Positions 45,766 to 57,341 of a DNA stretch of 64,000 nt are shown one piece after another. The stretch spans positions 4,790-68,789 of the forward strand of contig JBGQJU010000012.1 of the NCBI GenBank assembly GCA_041499185.1, given 5' to 3'. This DNA is from Pyrinomonadaceae bacterium. GTDB lineage: Bacteria > Acidobacteriota > Blastocatellia > Pyrinomonadales > Pyrinomonadaceae. The stretch's first letter is position 1. Each line of letters opens with the position of its first letter. The notes under the pieces are model-generated. The model was not told where the DNA came from. It did not search any database and worked only from the letters and a program-made list of their open reading frames with translations. Both the position numbers and the translations under genes were made by a program.

Positions 45766-46515
45766 ATGCGGAAACAAGCGCACTTCACTCCCGAACTTTT
45801 TTGGTTTCTTCGCCAACTGAAACGACACAACAACCGAGACTGGTTTCAGAAGCACAAGAGTAAGTATGAGCGCGACGTCCGCGATCCGTTTTTGAAATTC
45901 ATCGAAGACTTTCGTCCGCGGCTTCATAAAACAAGCGCACACTTTATTGCCGATCCTCGTCGCAGTGGCGGATCGTTGCTGCGTATTTATCGTGATATGC
46001 GTTTTCGCCCCGAAGCCGATCCCTATCAAACAATGGCGGCGGCGCGGTTCCCCCACACGGCTTGGAAGCAGACGCGGACGCCAGGCTTCTATTTGCATCT
46101 AGAACCCGGCAGTTCGTTTCTCGGCTGCGGACTCTGGCATCCGGATCCGGAGACCAGGAATAAGGTTATAGAGGCTATCGTCAAAAACCCTTCGCAATGG
46201 AAGCAGGCTGTGAGCGGCAAGAGATTTAAAGCGATGTGCGAACTCGCCGGCGGCTCGATGAAGCGGATGCCACCAGGTTACGATCCGAATCTTGCGCTTG
46301 CGGACGATTTAAGGCGCAAGGATTTCATCACGGTCACTTATTTCAAAGATGAACAGGTTTGGGCAACCGACTTTCTTGATCGCGTAACGCGCGCCTGCGA
46401 TGCAACTGCGCCTTTCATGGAATTTCTGACGCGAGCGTTGGGGCTGCCGTGGTCGAGTGACGACAAGCCGCTGCGGCGAGAAGTCCTTAGCTTTGAGTCC
46501 CCGATTGCGGAATGA
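45766..46515 (+). CDS. DUF2461 (TIGR02453) family protein
   Basis: N-terminal [29 protein letters not shown] and the later GFYLHLEPG motif are typical of DUF2461. Confidence 0.8.
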   Translation: MRKQAHFTPELFWFLRQLKRHNNRDWFQKHKSKYERDVRDPFLKFIEDFRPRLHKTSAHFIADPRRSGGSLLRIYRDMRFRPEADPYQTMAAARFPHTAWKQTRTPGFYLHLEPGSSFLGCGLWHPDPETRNKVIEAIVKNPSQWKQAVSGKRFKAMCELAGGSMKRMPPGYDPNLALADDLRRKDFITVTYFKDEQVWATDFLDRVTRACDATAPFMEFLTRALGLPWSSDDKPLRREVLSFESPIAE

Positions 46516-46534
46516 ATGCCCGAAAGCGATCCAG

Positions 46535-47239
46535 ATGCCGTCGGATAATCCTTTTCGCACAATCATCAATCAGCTCGTGGCTCATTATGGCCGTCCCAAA
46601 TCGCCAAAGGTTTCGGACCCGCTTCATTTGATTCTGTGGGAAAGCATTGGTTATCTCGTCGAAGACGATCGGCGAGAAACAGCGTTTGAGGCGCTGCGAA
46701 AACAAGTGGGCGTGCGGCCCACTGACATTCTGTTGGCGCCCACCGAACAACTCGTCAACATCACAAAGCTCGGCGGCATCCATCCTGAGTTGCGGGCCCA
46801 CCGGCTCAAAGAAATCGCGCAGATTGTGCTAAATGATTTCCAAGGCGATTTGCGAAGTGCTTTGAAGCTGCCACTGCGGCAGGCGATGAAAGAGCTGAAG
46901 AAATTTCCATCAATCGGCGATCCCGGCGCGGAGAAGATTCTGCTGTTCACCAAAACGCATCCGGTCCTGGCATTGGAGTCAAACGGATTGCGAGTGCTTT
47001 TGCGGCTGGGCTTTGGCGAGGAGCACAAGAACTATTCCACCAGCTACGCTTCGGTGCGCCAGGCGCTGCAAGGTCAGATCGGCGACGATTGTGATTTTCT
47101 GATTCGCGCTCATCAGCTCTTGCGTCAGCATGGGAAGCTACTTTGCCGCACTAACAGTCCGGCCTGCGATGTGTGTCCTTTGCAGCAGAGCTGCACTTAT
47201 TTTGAGGGCCGCGTTAGATCGTTTGGAAAGAAGTGCTAG
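46535..47239 (+). CDS. endonuclease III-like HhH-GPD base-excision repair protein with a C-terminal Fe-S motif
   Basis: HhH region LKKFPSIGDPGAEKILLF and C-terminal CRTNSPACDVCPLQQSC (Cx6Cx2Cx5C). The ATG at 46535 is preferred. Confidence 0.75.
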   Translation: MPSDNPFRTIINQLVAHYGRPKSPKVSDPLHLILWESIGYLVEDDRRETAFEALRKQVGVRPTDILLAPTEQLVNITKLGGIHPELRAHRLKEIAQIVLNDFQGDLRSALKLPLRQAMKELKKFPSIGDPGAEKILLFTKTHPVLALESNGLRVLLRLGFGEEHKNYSTSYASVRQALQGQIGDDCDFLIRAHQLLRQHGKLLCRTNSPACDVCPLQQSCTYFEGRVRSFGKKC

Positions 47240-47296
47240 ATCGACGGAACATTCACCATGCCAGATCCAAGTTCCCTGGCTCCTGACCTCAGTGTT

Positions 47297-48286
47297 TTAT
47301 GAGTTCTTTGCTTTAGCTATTTCGTCGAGCAAATTCCCCCACGCTTCCTCTTCTCGCGCGGGATCGAAGAGCCGAGCAAGTTTTCGGCAGCGCGTTATCA
47401 GATAGGCATAAAACGCGGCGTCCGTCTCAGCGCGCTTCAGGAGTCGGGCCAGACTGCGCGTGTCACCCACCGTGAAGTAGCCGGGATAATCTTCACGCAA
47501 GACGCCCTGGTTTCCCGGAATGCGCGAGGCAAGCACGGGCACCGAAGCGACCAGCGACTCTGACAGAACATTTGCGCCTCCCTCCATGCGTGACGACAAC
47601 ACGGTGAGTTGGCTGCGCGCAAGAATCCGGCGCACGCGCCAGCGCGGTTGCTCACCCAGCCACCGATAACGACGATTTCTCTTCGACTCAGCGCGCGCCC
47701 GACGGGCCATCGCTTTCGTCATTGCGCTGCCGATCTGGAGAATGCGAATCTGCGACGAACGCGGCAACAACCGGGCGGCCATCGCTGCGCGAAAAGGGTT
47801 CTTCACCGGTCGTAGATGCCCAATCACACAGACGTCAAAGCTTCGCCGGGACTCGCGCGCAAATGAGGGGCGCGCCCCTCGTCCGGTGCGAGGCCTCGAC
47901 TCGACCGACTGGTAGATAACAACTGTCTTCTCACGCAGGTCCGGCGCAAGCTCATCGAGTGCCTTAGGCTGTAGCACAACGATGCGGGTGGCCAGTTCAA
48001 GTGAAGCTCGGGCCGACGGGCTTGTACTGAGATCGCGGTATAGGTCCGTGCCCGTCAGCGCGACGATGATAGGTGATTCAGGATGCTGCTGGTGAAATCG
48101 CTTTACGGCGTCGTGACTCTTGCGAGCATGAAGAGCGATGAGCAAGTCATAACGTCCTCCGTCATATTCCTGCTTGACGCTGACGCGGTGGCCGAGGCTT
48201 TTCAGAATCCGCGCCCAGCGCACCGCCGTTACCCGGTTGCCGTAGCGAGATCGCGGAGGCGCGGGTGTGATGATTCCGATTCGCAT
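47297..48286 (-). CDS. senB: glycosyltransferase resembling the selenoneine selenosugar synthase SenB (TIGR04348-like)
   Basis: The N-terminus MRIGIITPAPPRSRYGNRVTAVRWARILKSLGH...DLLIALHARKS...IVALTGTDLY matches my recollection of the SenB family signature. It lies 18 bp downstream of an EgtB-like gene. Confidence 0.6.
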   Translation of the reverse strand: MRIGIITPAPPRSRYGNRVTAVRWARILKSLGHRVSVKQEYDGGRYDLLIALHARKSHDAVKRFHQQHPESPIIVALTGTDLYRDLSTSPSARASLELATRIVVLQPKALDELAPDLREKTVVIYQSVESRPRTGRGARPSFARESRRSFDVCVIGHLRPVKNPFRAAMAARLLPRSSQIRILQIGSAMTKAMARRARAESKRNRRYRWLGEQPRWRVRRILARSQLTVLSSRMEGGANVLSESLVASVPVLASRIPGNQGVLREDYPGYFTVGDTRSLARLLKRAETDAAFYAYLITRCRKLARLFDPAREEEAWGNLLDEIAKAKNS

Positions 48287-48304
48287 CAGGCTGTGGGAAC
48301 GAAA

Positions 48305-49690
48305 TTAATCAAGTTGAACTGCGCAGGTGCGAAAGCCGGCCCAAACGTCGCGGCGGTCGGGCGTGTAGAAGTTCCGATAATTATTGCGGATCAACCGCGA
48401 GCGCGTGACCCAGCAACCGCCGCGCAGCACTTTATGATCGCCGAACCACGGCTGCGAATACTCCTTGTACGGACCGACAGCAAAACCTGGATAAGGACCA
48501 AATGTTGTTGAAGTCCATTCCCAGACGTTGCCAATCATCTGCCGGCAACCGAATGCGCTGTCGCCCGCGGACAACGCATCAACCGGCAGACAGCCCCCCT
48601 CTTTTAATGCGCGCCAGTCGAGATTCGCGCGCTCCGGTGTTGGCGGTTCATCGCCCCAGGGATAACGACGTTTATGCGTGGTAATGCCTTGACCATCTGC
48701 GGCTGGTTCCGCGCTTGCGGCCAGTTCCCATTCGGCTTCGGTCGGCAAGCGGCGCTTGGCCCAGCGACAGTAAGCATCAGCTTCGTGCCAGTTAACATGA
48801 ATCACTGGTAGACGATCCTCCAGCGACACCCACTGATCGAAGTTGCGTCGCAACCAGCCGCCGCTTGCTTCGCGTTTCCAGTAGACGGGATGCTCGGCTC
48901 TCACACTTTCACGCCATTGCCAGCCTTCGTCGGTCCAGAGGTTGCGCTGCCGATAACCTCCAGCTTCGACGAAACTCAAGAATTCCTCATTCGTCACGGC
49001 AGTCTTTGAGATCGCGAAAGGCGCGACCTCGATTTCGTGCGCCCATTGTTCGTTGTCAAAGACGAAGCCTTCATCGCGCCCGCTTCCCAGCATGAACTTG
49101 CCACCTGGAATCTGCGTATCGCCTTCCGCGTCGCCTGAGCCATCAGCCTGCGACAAACAGGTGGCCTCTGCCTCACCACTCGATTGGATCGCAGACAGAG
49201 TAAATCGCGGTGGCGGATAGGCGAGCGTCTGCCGCGTGTAAGTGATTGCTTCGTCGTGCATCTGCTCGTGAAGCAAGACGAGCTGCAAAAAGTATGACTC
49301 GTCGTGCCCGGCGGCGGCGCGAAGTCGCCCACCTGAATGTTCGGTCTGTTCGATCACCCGGTCGAGCACGCGCCGCATGTAACCGAGAGTCTCTTCACGC
49401 GTCAACAGCAGCAGATCCCAGCGCGTATCGTGAGCCACGCGCGCGGAATCGTAGAGTGAGTCACCGTGCGCGAGAATCGGCGGCTGTCCGCCGAGATGAC
49501 GAAGCATCCAGAACTCCTGAAACCAAGCGAGGTGACCGATTTCCCAGCGCAGAGCGTTAACAATGCTGAGGCGTGGCCCCATCAATTGGTCATCTGTGAG
49601 ATCGGCGACTAGATCGAGCGTCCTTGCGCGGGTTTCGCGCAGCGCTGCAATCAGTTCCGCATTTGACGGTTTTCTCTGGGGTGCACTCAT
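48305..49690 (-). CDS. senA: EgtB-family sulfoxide/selenoxide synthase (DinB_2 + FGE-sulfatase domains), likely SenA
   Basis: N-terminal DinB-like LRWEIGHLAWFQEFW...HEQMHDE. C-terminal FGE domain RLPTEAEWE...GNVWEWT...VLRGG...RNNYRNF. Adjacent to the SenB-like glycosyltransferase. Confidence 0.65.
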   Translation of the reverse strand: MSAPQRKPSNAELIAALRETRARTLDLVADLTDDQLMGPRLSIVNALRWEIGHLAWFQEFWMLRHLGGQPPILAHGDSLYDSARVAHDTRWDLLLLTREETLGYMRRVLDRVIEQTEHSGGRLRAAAGHDESYFLQLVLLHEQMHDEAITYTRQTLAYPPPRFTLSAIQSSGEAEATCLSQADGSGDAEGDTQIPGGKFMLGSGRDEGFVFDNEQWAHEIEVAPFAISKTAVTNEEFLSFVEAGGYRQRNLWTDEGWQWRESVRAEHPVYWKREASGGWLRRNFDQWVSLEDRLPVIHVNWHEADAYCRWAKRRLPTEAEWELAASAEPAADGQGITTHKRRYPWGDEPPTPERANLDWRALKEGGCLPVDALSAGDSAFGCRQMIGNVWEWTSTTFGPYPGFAVGPYKEYSQPWFGDHKVLRGGCWVTRSRLIRNNYRNFYTPDRRDVWAGFRTCAVQLD

Positions 49691-49702
49691 GACAAACGCA
49701 AT

Positions 49703-50188
49703 TCAGATGTCTTTCGCGCAGCGAAAGCCCGCAATCGTCCAACGCTCGTGCGGATGAAAGAAGTTGCGATACGTGGAGCGGATATGAAGTTGCGGCGTAG
49801 CAAACGAACCGCCTCGCAGGACTTTCTGATTGACGAACCACTTGTCATTGTACTCATCGAATTCCGATTTGAATCCCGGATAGGGCACATAATCCGAAGT
49901 CGTCCATTCCCACACGTCACCGATCATCTGGTGACAGCCGTGGGCGTTCTGACCGGCGGGAAACGCGCCAACGGGCGCGACGCTCCAGGGGCCGTTTTCA
50001 AACAGATTGGCTTTCAACAAATAGAAATCATTGCGTTGGCTGATGACCCAGCGATTGAAGATCTCAAGATGCCGCGAGTATTGCTCATACCAGTGCAACT
50101 CTGCATCGTGCTCTGAACCGTCGGGCAGTCGCACGCGACCGATGCCTTTGAGCTTGCGCCATCTCCCTCTTCCCCACATTTTCCGCAA
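49703..50188 (-). pseudogene. truncated EgtB-like FGE-sulfatase fragment (C-terminal about 110 aa only)
   Basis: [23 protein letters not shown]...[10 protein letters not shown]...TYRNFFHP...AGFRCAKD matches only the C-terminus of EgtB. There is no DinB domain and only 111 bp of upstream space. It could still be translated as a short ORF. Confidence 0.45.
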
Positions 50189-50299
50189 TCTCGCAACGTC
50201 ACTAATTCGGCCGCCGATGGCAATTATTCTACATTTTCAATTCTACCGATAAGCTCGAAGATAATCATAGGCCAGGCCATCCGCGGGCTTCAATGTTTC

Positions 50300-51691
50300 T
50301 TACCCATCCAGCGCCATAAACAGATTATTCAGCGACTCAGCCAGGGTTGGATGCGCGAAGATGGCGTCTTTCAAAACCGTGTAAGGCAGCTTACCCATCA
50401 TGGCGATTTCAAACATGGCCATCAATTCGCCTCCTTCGACGCCCAGCACGGCGCAGCCTAGTATCTGCTTCGTGTCGGCGTCAACCACGGCCTTCATGAA
50501 ACCACGGGTCTCACTCATCTCGATAGCCCGCGCCACGCTGGTCATCGGCAGTTTGGCAACGCGGATATTCAAGCCCTGCTCGCGACTTTCCGTTTCACTC
50601 AAACCAACCCGGCCCAATTGTGGGTCGATGAAGACGGTATAAGGCACAAGACGGCCGTTCACGGTTGTATTGCCGCCTTCAACCAGGTTCGTGCGGATGA
50701 TCCGGAAATCGTCGTAAGAGATGTGTGTAAACGCGGGGCCGCCTTTCACGTCACCGAGAGCGTAGACGCCCGGTACGTTGGTCTCGAGCCGCTCATTAAC
50801 CTTCACAAATCCTCGGTTATCGGTCTCGACTCCAGCGGCCGCGAGGTTAAGCCGATCAGTGTTAGGCCTGCGGCCTACGGCAGCCAACAGATGCGAGCCA
50901 GTCACGCTTTGCTCACTCTCAGGCGTCTTGACGGTAAGGCGGATGGAGCCATCAACCGTCTCTGCACGCACGACCTCTGTATTGAGCAAAACTCTGACAC
51001 CGTCCTCCTGCAGGATCTTTGCGACCTCGTCGGCGACATCCGGGTCTTCGCGGCTTAGCAGATGATCGCCGCGCTGCACAATAGTTACCTCGCTTCCAAA
51101 GCGACGAAACATCTGGCCGAATTCCAGACCGATGTAGCCTCCGCCCATTACCAACAGATGAGCAGGGACCTCGTCTAGTTCCATGATCGAGGTAGAATCG
51201 AGCGTGGGTACCAGCTCGAGACCTTCAACGGGCGGATTGGCCGGGCGTCCGCCCGTATTGATGAAGATCCTTTCGGCGGTGAGCGTGCGCATGCCGCCGT
51301 CATTCAAATGAACTTCGATCTGATGCGAGCCGACAAACCCCGCAGCGCCCTTCAGCAACTCGAGGTTCTTAGTCTTTTCGATTCCCTTCAGACCGCTATC
51401 GCGGAAGCTTTCAACCACGCCTTGTTTGCGAGCGCGAACCTGCGCCATGTTTACCGTGACGCCGGCATTGTGCACTCCGTAATCAGCCGCGCGGCGCGCG
51501 AGATACGCCACGCGCGCGCTATTGAACATTGTCTTGGTCGGTGTGCAGCCGTAATTGATGCAGGTGCCGCCAATGTACGCGCGTTCGATGATTGCGGTTT
51601 TCCATCCGGCTTTGGCCAGAGCGATTGACAGTGGCTTGCCGGCCTGACCGGAGCCGATCACGATTGCGTCGAATTCCTCAAGTGTTGCCAT
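50300..51691 (-). CDS. class I pyridine-nucleotide disulfide oxidoreductase (mercuric/glutathione-reductase-like flavoprotein)
   Basis: FAD motif [11 protein letters not shown], redox-active [13 protein letters not shown], and the dimerisation-domain motif AHPTLAE. The ATG at 51691 is preferred. Confidence 0.85.
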   Translation of the reverse strand: MATLEEFDAIVIGSGQAGKPLSIALAKAGWKTAIIERAYIGGTCINYGCTPTKTMFNSARVAYLARRAADYGVHNAGVTVNMAQVRARKQGVVESFRDSGLKGIEKTKNLELLKGAAGFVGSHQIEVHLNDGGMRTLTAERIFINTGGRPANPPVEGLELVPTLDSTSIMELDEVPAHLLVMGGGYIGLEFGQMFRRFGSEVTIVQRGDHLLSREDPDVADEVAKILQEDGVRVLLNTEVVRAETVDGSIRLTVKTPESEQSVTGSHLLAAVGRRPNTDRLNLAAAGVETDNRGFVKVNERLETNVPGVYALGDVKGGPAFTHISYDDFRIIRTNLVEGGNTTVNGRLVPYTVFIDPQLGRVGLSETESREQGLNIRVAKLPMTSVARAIEMSETRGFMKAVVDADTKQILGCAVLGVEGGELMAMFEIAMMGKLPYTVLKDAIFAHPTLAESLNNLFMALDG

Positions 51692-51704
51692 GCTGACCCT
51701 CGAT

Positions 51705-53456
51705 TTATCCAAATACAACCCGGCGACTGCGCAGCCGATCGCTCAACCAATCAGTCGTAATCACCAAAATATAGATGATGGCAATTAGGGTCGACACTCG
51801 CGCATAGAAAGCAAGTTGAACATTATTGTAAATTGCCTGACCCAAACCACCGCCGCCAACCAGGCCGAGGATGGTTGCGACGCGCAGGTTCATTTCCCAG
51901 CGCAGCACCGTGTAGCTCACCAGCGTTGGCCGCACTTGCGGCCAGATTCCCCAAAGCAAAATCTGCAACCGACGCGCTCCCATCGCGCGCAACGCTTCAA
52001 TGGGTTGAGCCGGGGCCTCTTCGAGTGTTTCCGCGTATAGCTTACCAAGCACTCCGGCGGTGTGAAATCCGATCGCCAACGTGCCGGCGAATGGACCGAG
52101 CCCGATCGCGATGATGCAGATCAATACCCACACCAGCTCGGGAATCGAACGAAGCAGACTGAGAGCCAATCTCGCGGCGCCATAAGTGAGCCAACGAAAG
52201 CCTCGATCAAACCAACGCCGCTGACCGGCTTCGTCTTTTTCGCTGAAGATGAGTATCCCGGCAGCCGGCAAAGACAGAATAGCCCCTACGATTATCCCAA
52301 TCAGCGTTCCCATTACTGAGATACCGATGGTTTGCAACAACGGCCGGCCCAACGATCTCAAGAACGCCGGATCGACATCCGGCGGGAACATCTGCGAGAC
52401 GAAGCGAACGATTCGTGCGGGAATTGCGGAGTCGCTGAATGCTCCATTGAGAAAGCCGGTGGCGTAAAAACTCCAGGCAAAGAGGACAAAAGCCGCCAAA
52501 GGAAGCGCAGTCTTCCTCAGGCTGCGCGTTGTCGGGCTCTTAGAATCGCGCGCGGCGCCTTGCTGGGCTTTAGAGTTCGCTCGGGCTTTCGCGTGCACGC
52601 GACGACGTAGAAAGCGGCTGGCCACGTCGGTGGCCGCTACTACGGCCACCAGAGTGATGATCAGCGTACTGACCTGGCCATACTCGAACATCCTCATCGA
52701 AAGATTGATCTCGTATCCGATTCCACCCGCGCCAATGAATCCCAACACTGAGGCGGCGCGCAGGCTGCATTCGAAGGAATAGATGGTATAGGCCGTGATA
52801 CTCGCCGCCGCTTGTGGCCAGATGGCGTAGAGGAAGACTTGCAGACGCGTCGCGCCAGTCGCATGCAGCGCCTCGAGCGCGCGCTGATCGACGTCTTCAA
52901 AGACATCCGCATAGACTCGTCCGAGCATGGCGCTGTAGCTCACTGCCAGCGCCAAAACTCCCGCGAGTGGTCCGAGACCAACCGCGACGACAAACAGAAG
53001 CGCCCAGATCAGATCCGGCACAGCGCGCAGGAATCCAAGCAACGCCCGACTAGTCCTACTCAGGGCAGACAATAGAAAACGTCCCGGCCCTTGACGCTCT
53101 CCCGCCAGCAACACACCGCGTCGCCACAAAGTCGGTGTCGCCAGAACGCCGAGCGGTAGTCCGATCAAGACGGAGAGCAAAGTAGCAGCGAGCGCAATGG
53201 CGACTGTTTGGGCGGCTGCCGCTGTGGCAACGCGAAGAAACGCCGGCGAGAGGTCAGGCGGGAAAAGACCGCGAATGAAGGTCCAAACCGCTGTGAGCGT
53301 CCCTGGTTCAAGAATCGCTCCCGGTCGGATTTCAGCCGCGCGCCAACAAATCACCAGTGCGACGCCAATAGCGACGGCGCCACCGATGTGCCTGGGCTTC
53401 AGACGGTAACCTTCGTCCCACGAAAGGCGCTCGTTAACGCGCGCAACTTGGTTCAC
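51705..53456 (-). CDS. fused tandem PhnE-like ABC permease (two permease modules)
   Basis: Two homologous halves, each with the ...AL(E/R)A.GA(T/R)RLQ(V/I)... EAA-like loop ([23 protein letters not shown] and [23 protein letters not shown]). The start is uncertain: GTG at 53456 (23-nt overlap with phnC) or ATG at 53531. Confidence 0.75.
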   Translation of the reverse strand: MNQVARVNERLSWDEGYRLKPRHIGGAVAIGVALVICWRAAEIRPGAILEPGTLTAVWTFIRGLFPPDLSPAFLRVATAAAAQTVAIALAATLLSVLIGLPLGVLATPTLWRRGVLLAGERQGPGRFLLSALSRTSRALLGFLRAVPDLIWALLFVVAVGLGPLAGVLALAVSYSAMLGRVYADVFEDVDQRALEALHATGATRLQVFLYAIWPQAAASITAYTIYSFECSLRAASVLGFIGAGGIGYEINLSMRMFEYGQVSTLIITLVAVVAATDVASRFLRRRVHAKARANSKAQQGAARDSKSPTTRSLRKTALPLAAFVLFAWSFYATGFLNGAFSDSAIPARIVRFVSQMFPPDVDPAFLRSLGRPLLQTIGISVMGTLIGIIVGAILSLPAAGILIFSEKDEAGQRRWFDRGFRWLTYGAARLALSLLRSIPELVWVLICIIAIGLGPFAGTLAIGFHTAGVLGKLYAETLEEAPAQPIEALRAMGARRLQILLWGIWPQVRPTLVSYTVLRWEMNLRVATILGLVGGGGLGQAIYNNVQLAFYARVSTLIAIIYILVITTDWLSDRLRSRRVVFG

Positions 53457-54273
53457 AGTTCGGCTCGCCCTTCTCGTTGGGCGCCCACTCGTCACAAATC
53501 TCCCCTCGCTCTGCCGCCGATTCGGTGGCATAGAGAGCAGCCAACACTTCTCTGCTGACTTCGTGAGGCGTCGTATCAAAAACGACGGAGCCGTCACGAA
53601 GTGCAATGATGCGCGGAAAATAACGTAGCGCCAGATCGACGTCGTGCAAGGTCGCTACCAGAGTTCGTTTGCCATTCTGTACCAATCCGAGGAGTAGTGA
53701 AGCGACAGTTTCCGTCAAGGCCGGGTCGAGCGAGGCAAAAGGTTCGTCAGCGAGGATCACCTCCGGCTCCTGCATTAGCACACGCGCAATTGCGAGCCGC
53801 TGCTGTTGCCCACCGGAAAGTTCGTCTGCGCGCGAGCGCCGCTTCTCGGCTAAGCCTACGGATTCCAGTGCCGCCATTGCCTGTTGGATCTCATTCCTGG
53901 ACGGCTGGAAAACGCTGCGAATCGTATGCAATAGCGACCAGCTTCCCAGTTTCCCGCAAAGCGTGTTCTCCAGAGTTGTGAGCGATGGCACAAGCTGGTG
54001 CTGCTGATAGATAGTGCCGATGCGCCGGCGCGCAGCGCGCAGCTCTTTGCCGGACATCGCACTGACATCAGCTCCAGCAAAGAACAAAACGCCGCTCGTC
54101 GGCCTCAGCGTCGCGTTCAACAAGCGAAACAAAGTCGTCTTTCCCGCGCCTGAGGGCCCAAGTAGTGCCACTCGTTCCCCTGGCTGCACGTCAAACGAGA
54201 GTCGATCCAGCGCCCGCACCTTGCCGTGGCGAGAGTTGTAAACCTTGCTGACCTGCCTGAGCGAATAGATCAC
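53434..54273 (-). CDS. PhnC-like ABC transporter ATP-binding protein
   Basis: Walker A GPSGAGKTT, signature LSGGQQQR, Walker B ILADEP. Confidence 0.85.
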   Translation of the reverse strand: MIYSLRQVSKVYNSRHGKVRALDRLSFDVQPGERVALLGPSGAGKTTLFRLLNATLRPTSGVLFFAGADVSAMSGKELRAARRRIGTIYQQHQLVPSLTTLENTLCGKLGSWSLLHTIRSVFQPSRNEIQQAMAALESVGLAEKRRSRADELSGGQQQRLAIARVLMQEPEVILADEPFASLDPALTETVASLLLGLVQNGKRTLVATLHDVDLALRYFPRIIALRDGSVVFDTTPHEVSREVLAALYATESAAERGEICDEWAPNEKGEPNCEPSCAR

Positions 54274-55136
54274 TTCAGTAATCCCGCATCCTTCGCCGCC
54301 TGACGCAACCGATCATAGTCAGCGTCCTTAGCGCGAACGTATTTCGTCGCGCGCAAGAACTCCAGAATGGATTTTTGCCCAGGATTATTGGTGTTGAGAT
54401 TCAAGAATGCCTTGGCAAACGAGTCGACAAGCTTTGGATCGAGAGCCTTCCGCGCGGCCCAAACATAATCAAGAAACGGCGGCGTGGTGTAAAAGACCGA
54501 GGCTTTGGCCGGATCGAGTTTTCCGTCTTTCACCATCTTCTGATAGACCGTTTCGTCCATCGCGCCGGCGTCGACCTTCTTGTTGGCAACCGCTAGAGCA
54601 GTCGCGTCGTGGCCACCGGTGTAAATGGCCTTCGCGATAACTTCCGTGTCGACCCCCGCCTGTCGCATGAAGTATTCAGGCATCAGGTGACCAGACGTGG
54701 AGTTAACATCGCCAAACGCGAACGAGTGTCCCTTCAAATCAGCGAGACTCTTGATGCCCGTGGCCGGGTTGGTAATGAATAGACTATGAAAGTTTTGATC
54801 CAGATCGCGCTGCACCAGCGGGTTAACGCCCGCGCGCCTGGCCGCCTGCACGTAGGTGAACCCGCCCAGATAGGCGATGTCTACCTGATCGTTCGCAATG
54901 GCCTCAACCACGGCCGCATAGTTAGTCGGTATCGTCATCTCAACCTTTGCCCCGGTCTCTTTTTCCAGGTACGCCATCAGCGGCTGGCTATCGCGCAGCA
55001 TCCTGCCCGGATCGTTTGTTGGAATCATGCTCAGGCGGAGAGTTCTTTTGGAGTTTTCCGCGTTGCGGTTGCGGCAAGCGACAGACGAACCGATTAGCAG
55101 CACCAGGATAAAGAGAAAGTAAATCCCACGCTTCAT
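54270..55136 (-). CDS. PhnD-like periplasmic substrate-binding lipoprotein (phosphonate/phosphite-type fold)
   Basis: Lipobox ...GSSVAC. PhnD-family motifs (LRLSMIPT, DIAYLGGFTYV, TSGHLMP). 4-nt overlap with the ATPase gene. Confidence 0.75.
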   Translation of the reverse strand: MKRGIYFLFILVLLIGSSVACRNRNAENSKRTLRLSMIPTNDPGRMLRDSQPLMAYLEKETGAKVEMTIPTNYAAVVEAIANDQVDIAYLGGFTYVQAARRAGVNPLVQRDLDQNFHSLFITNPATGIKSLADLKGHSFAFGDVNSTSGHLMPEYFMRQAGVDTEVIAKAIYTGGHDATALAVANKKVDAGAMDETVYQKMVKDGKLDPAKASVFYTTPPFLDYVWAARKALDPKLVDSFAKAFLNLNTNNPGQKSILEFLRATKYVRAKDADYDRLRQAAKDAGLLK

Positions 55137-55199
55137 TGCGTTCCTCCAGAATTGTTCACGAGGGAAGACCCGACAGAGCCGAGTTGAGCTCAGGCCGAT

Positions 55200-56231
<1,032 letters not shown>

Positions 56232-56338
56232 TGGTTCTCCTTTCAAGCCTATCCAATTAACATCACGGTATTCGCAGAGCGTCGCATTGGCGCTATAGTA
56301 TTGTCAATCTGAACAAAATAGAGTAACGAACTGGAGCT

Positions 56339-57325
56339 ATGAAGAACGTAACTACCGTAATTCGGCTCAGTATGACGATCGGAATCCTTGTGATTACCGC
56401 AGTCCTTCTATTCGCGCAGGATGCTGAGCTGATCCGCCACTTTGATTACGATCAAAGGGCGCCACTCGGGTTCAAAGAAATCGGCGTCGAGCATCGTGGC
56501 AACACAGCAATCCATGACATCACGTACGCCAGTCCCAAAGGCGGGCTGGTGCCGGCGTACCTTGTGGTGCCCAAAGGGAAGGGGCCTTTTGCAGCGGTGA
56601 TCTGGGGACACTGGTATTGGGACAACTCGCCTATGCGCAACCGCAAGCAGTTTCTCGACGAAGCGGTGGCGCTTGCGCAGGTTGGCGTTGTGTCGCTTTT
56701 AACCGACGGCCCAGTGGCGCGCCCGGGGCATGTGGAAAGCAAAGAACCGCTGAACGAGCAGCAAACTGTCGACCTTGTGCAACAGGTAGTCGATATGCGG
56801 CGCGGCGTCGACCTGCTGCTGGCGCGCAAGGACGTGGATCCGAAGCGTATTGCCTTCGTCGGTCACAGCTATAACGCATCGGTCGGCGCGATCTTGAGCG
56901 GAGTCGACCGGCGGTTTAAGGCTTTTGTCCTGATGGCCGGGCCGATGTCGGACGAAATTAATCTGAAAACACCGGAATACCAAGAGTTTCGGCAAAAGAT
57001 CGGACCGGAAAAATTCGACGCTTTCGTTGCGAAGTACTCTTACCTCGATGAAGGCAAGTACGTATCGCACGCAGCGCCAGCCTTCGTCTTTCTCCAGTAC
57101 GCCACGCAAGAGAAGTTTCTAACGCCTGAGCGAGCGCGCGAATACGAGAAGGTCGTAAGCGAGCCGAAACGCTTCAAGATCTACGATGCGCCGCATGCGC
57201 TGAATGCCGAGGCGCGCCGCGACCGCATTGCTTTTCTCACTGAGCAGCTCAAACTGAAGCCGTTATCAGCGGCGGTACTCGCAGGTATCCCTGACCTGGT
57301 GCAACCGCCCGACCCGAACGAGTAG
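56339..57325 (+). CDS. secreted alpha/beta-hydrolase (dienelactone hydrolase/esterase-like)
   Basis: N-terminal hydrophobic signal, nucleophile elbow GHSYN, 328 aa. Confidence 0.7.
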   Translation: MKNVTTVIRLSMTIGILVITAVLLFAQDAELIRHFDYDQRAPLGFKEIGVEHRGNTAIHDITYASPKGGLVPAYLVVPKGKGPFAAVIWGHWYWDNSPMRNRKQFLDEAVALAQVGVVSLLTDGPVARPGHVESKEPLNEQQTVDLVQQVVDMRRGVDLLLARKDVDPKRIAFVGHSYNASVGAILSGVDRRFKAFVLMAGPMSDEINLKTPEYQEFRQKIGPEKFDAFVAKYSYLDEGKYVSHAAPAFVFLQYATQEKFLTPERAREYEKVVSEPKRFKIYDAPHALNAEARRDRIAFLTEQLKLKPLSAAVLAGIPDLVQPPDPNE

Positions 57326-57341
57326 GGCGAGTCAATCTGTG

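Noticed and set aside
45660-45833. 58-aa N-terminal extension of the Lhr ORF, and the overlapping minus-strand ORF 45694-46098
   Set aside because: The extension has no helicase homology and invades the divergent DUF2461 gene and promoter region. The conserved Lhr N-terminus starts at [12 protein letters not shown].
53457-53606. Longer start (53606 or 53531) for the fused PhnE-like permease
   Set aside because: Those starts would overlap the phnC-like gene by 98-173 nt and add a non-hydrophobic, Arg-rich leader. The GTG at 53456 gives a conventional short overlap. This remains uncertain.
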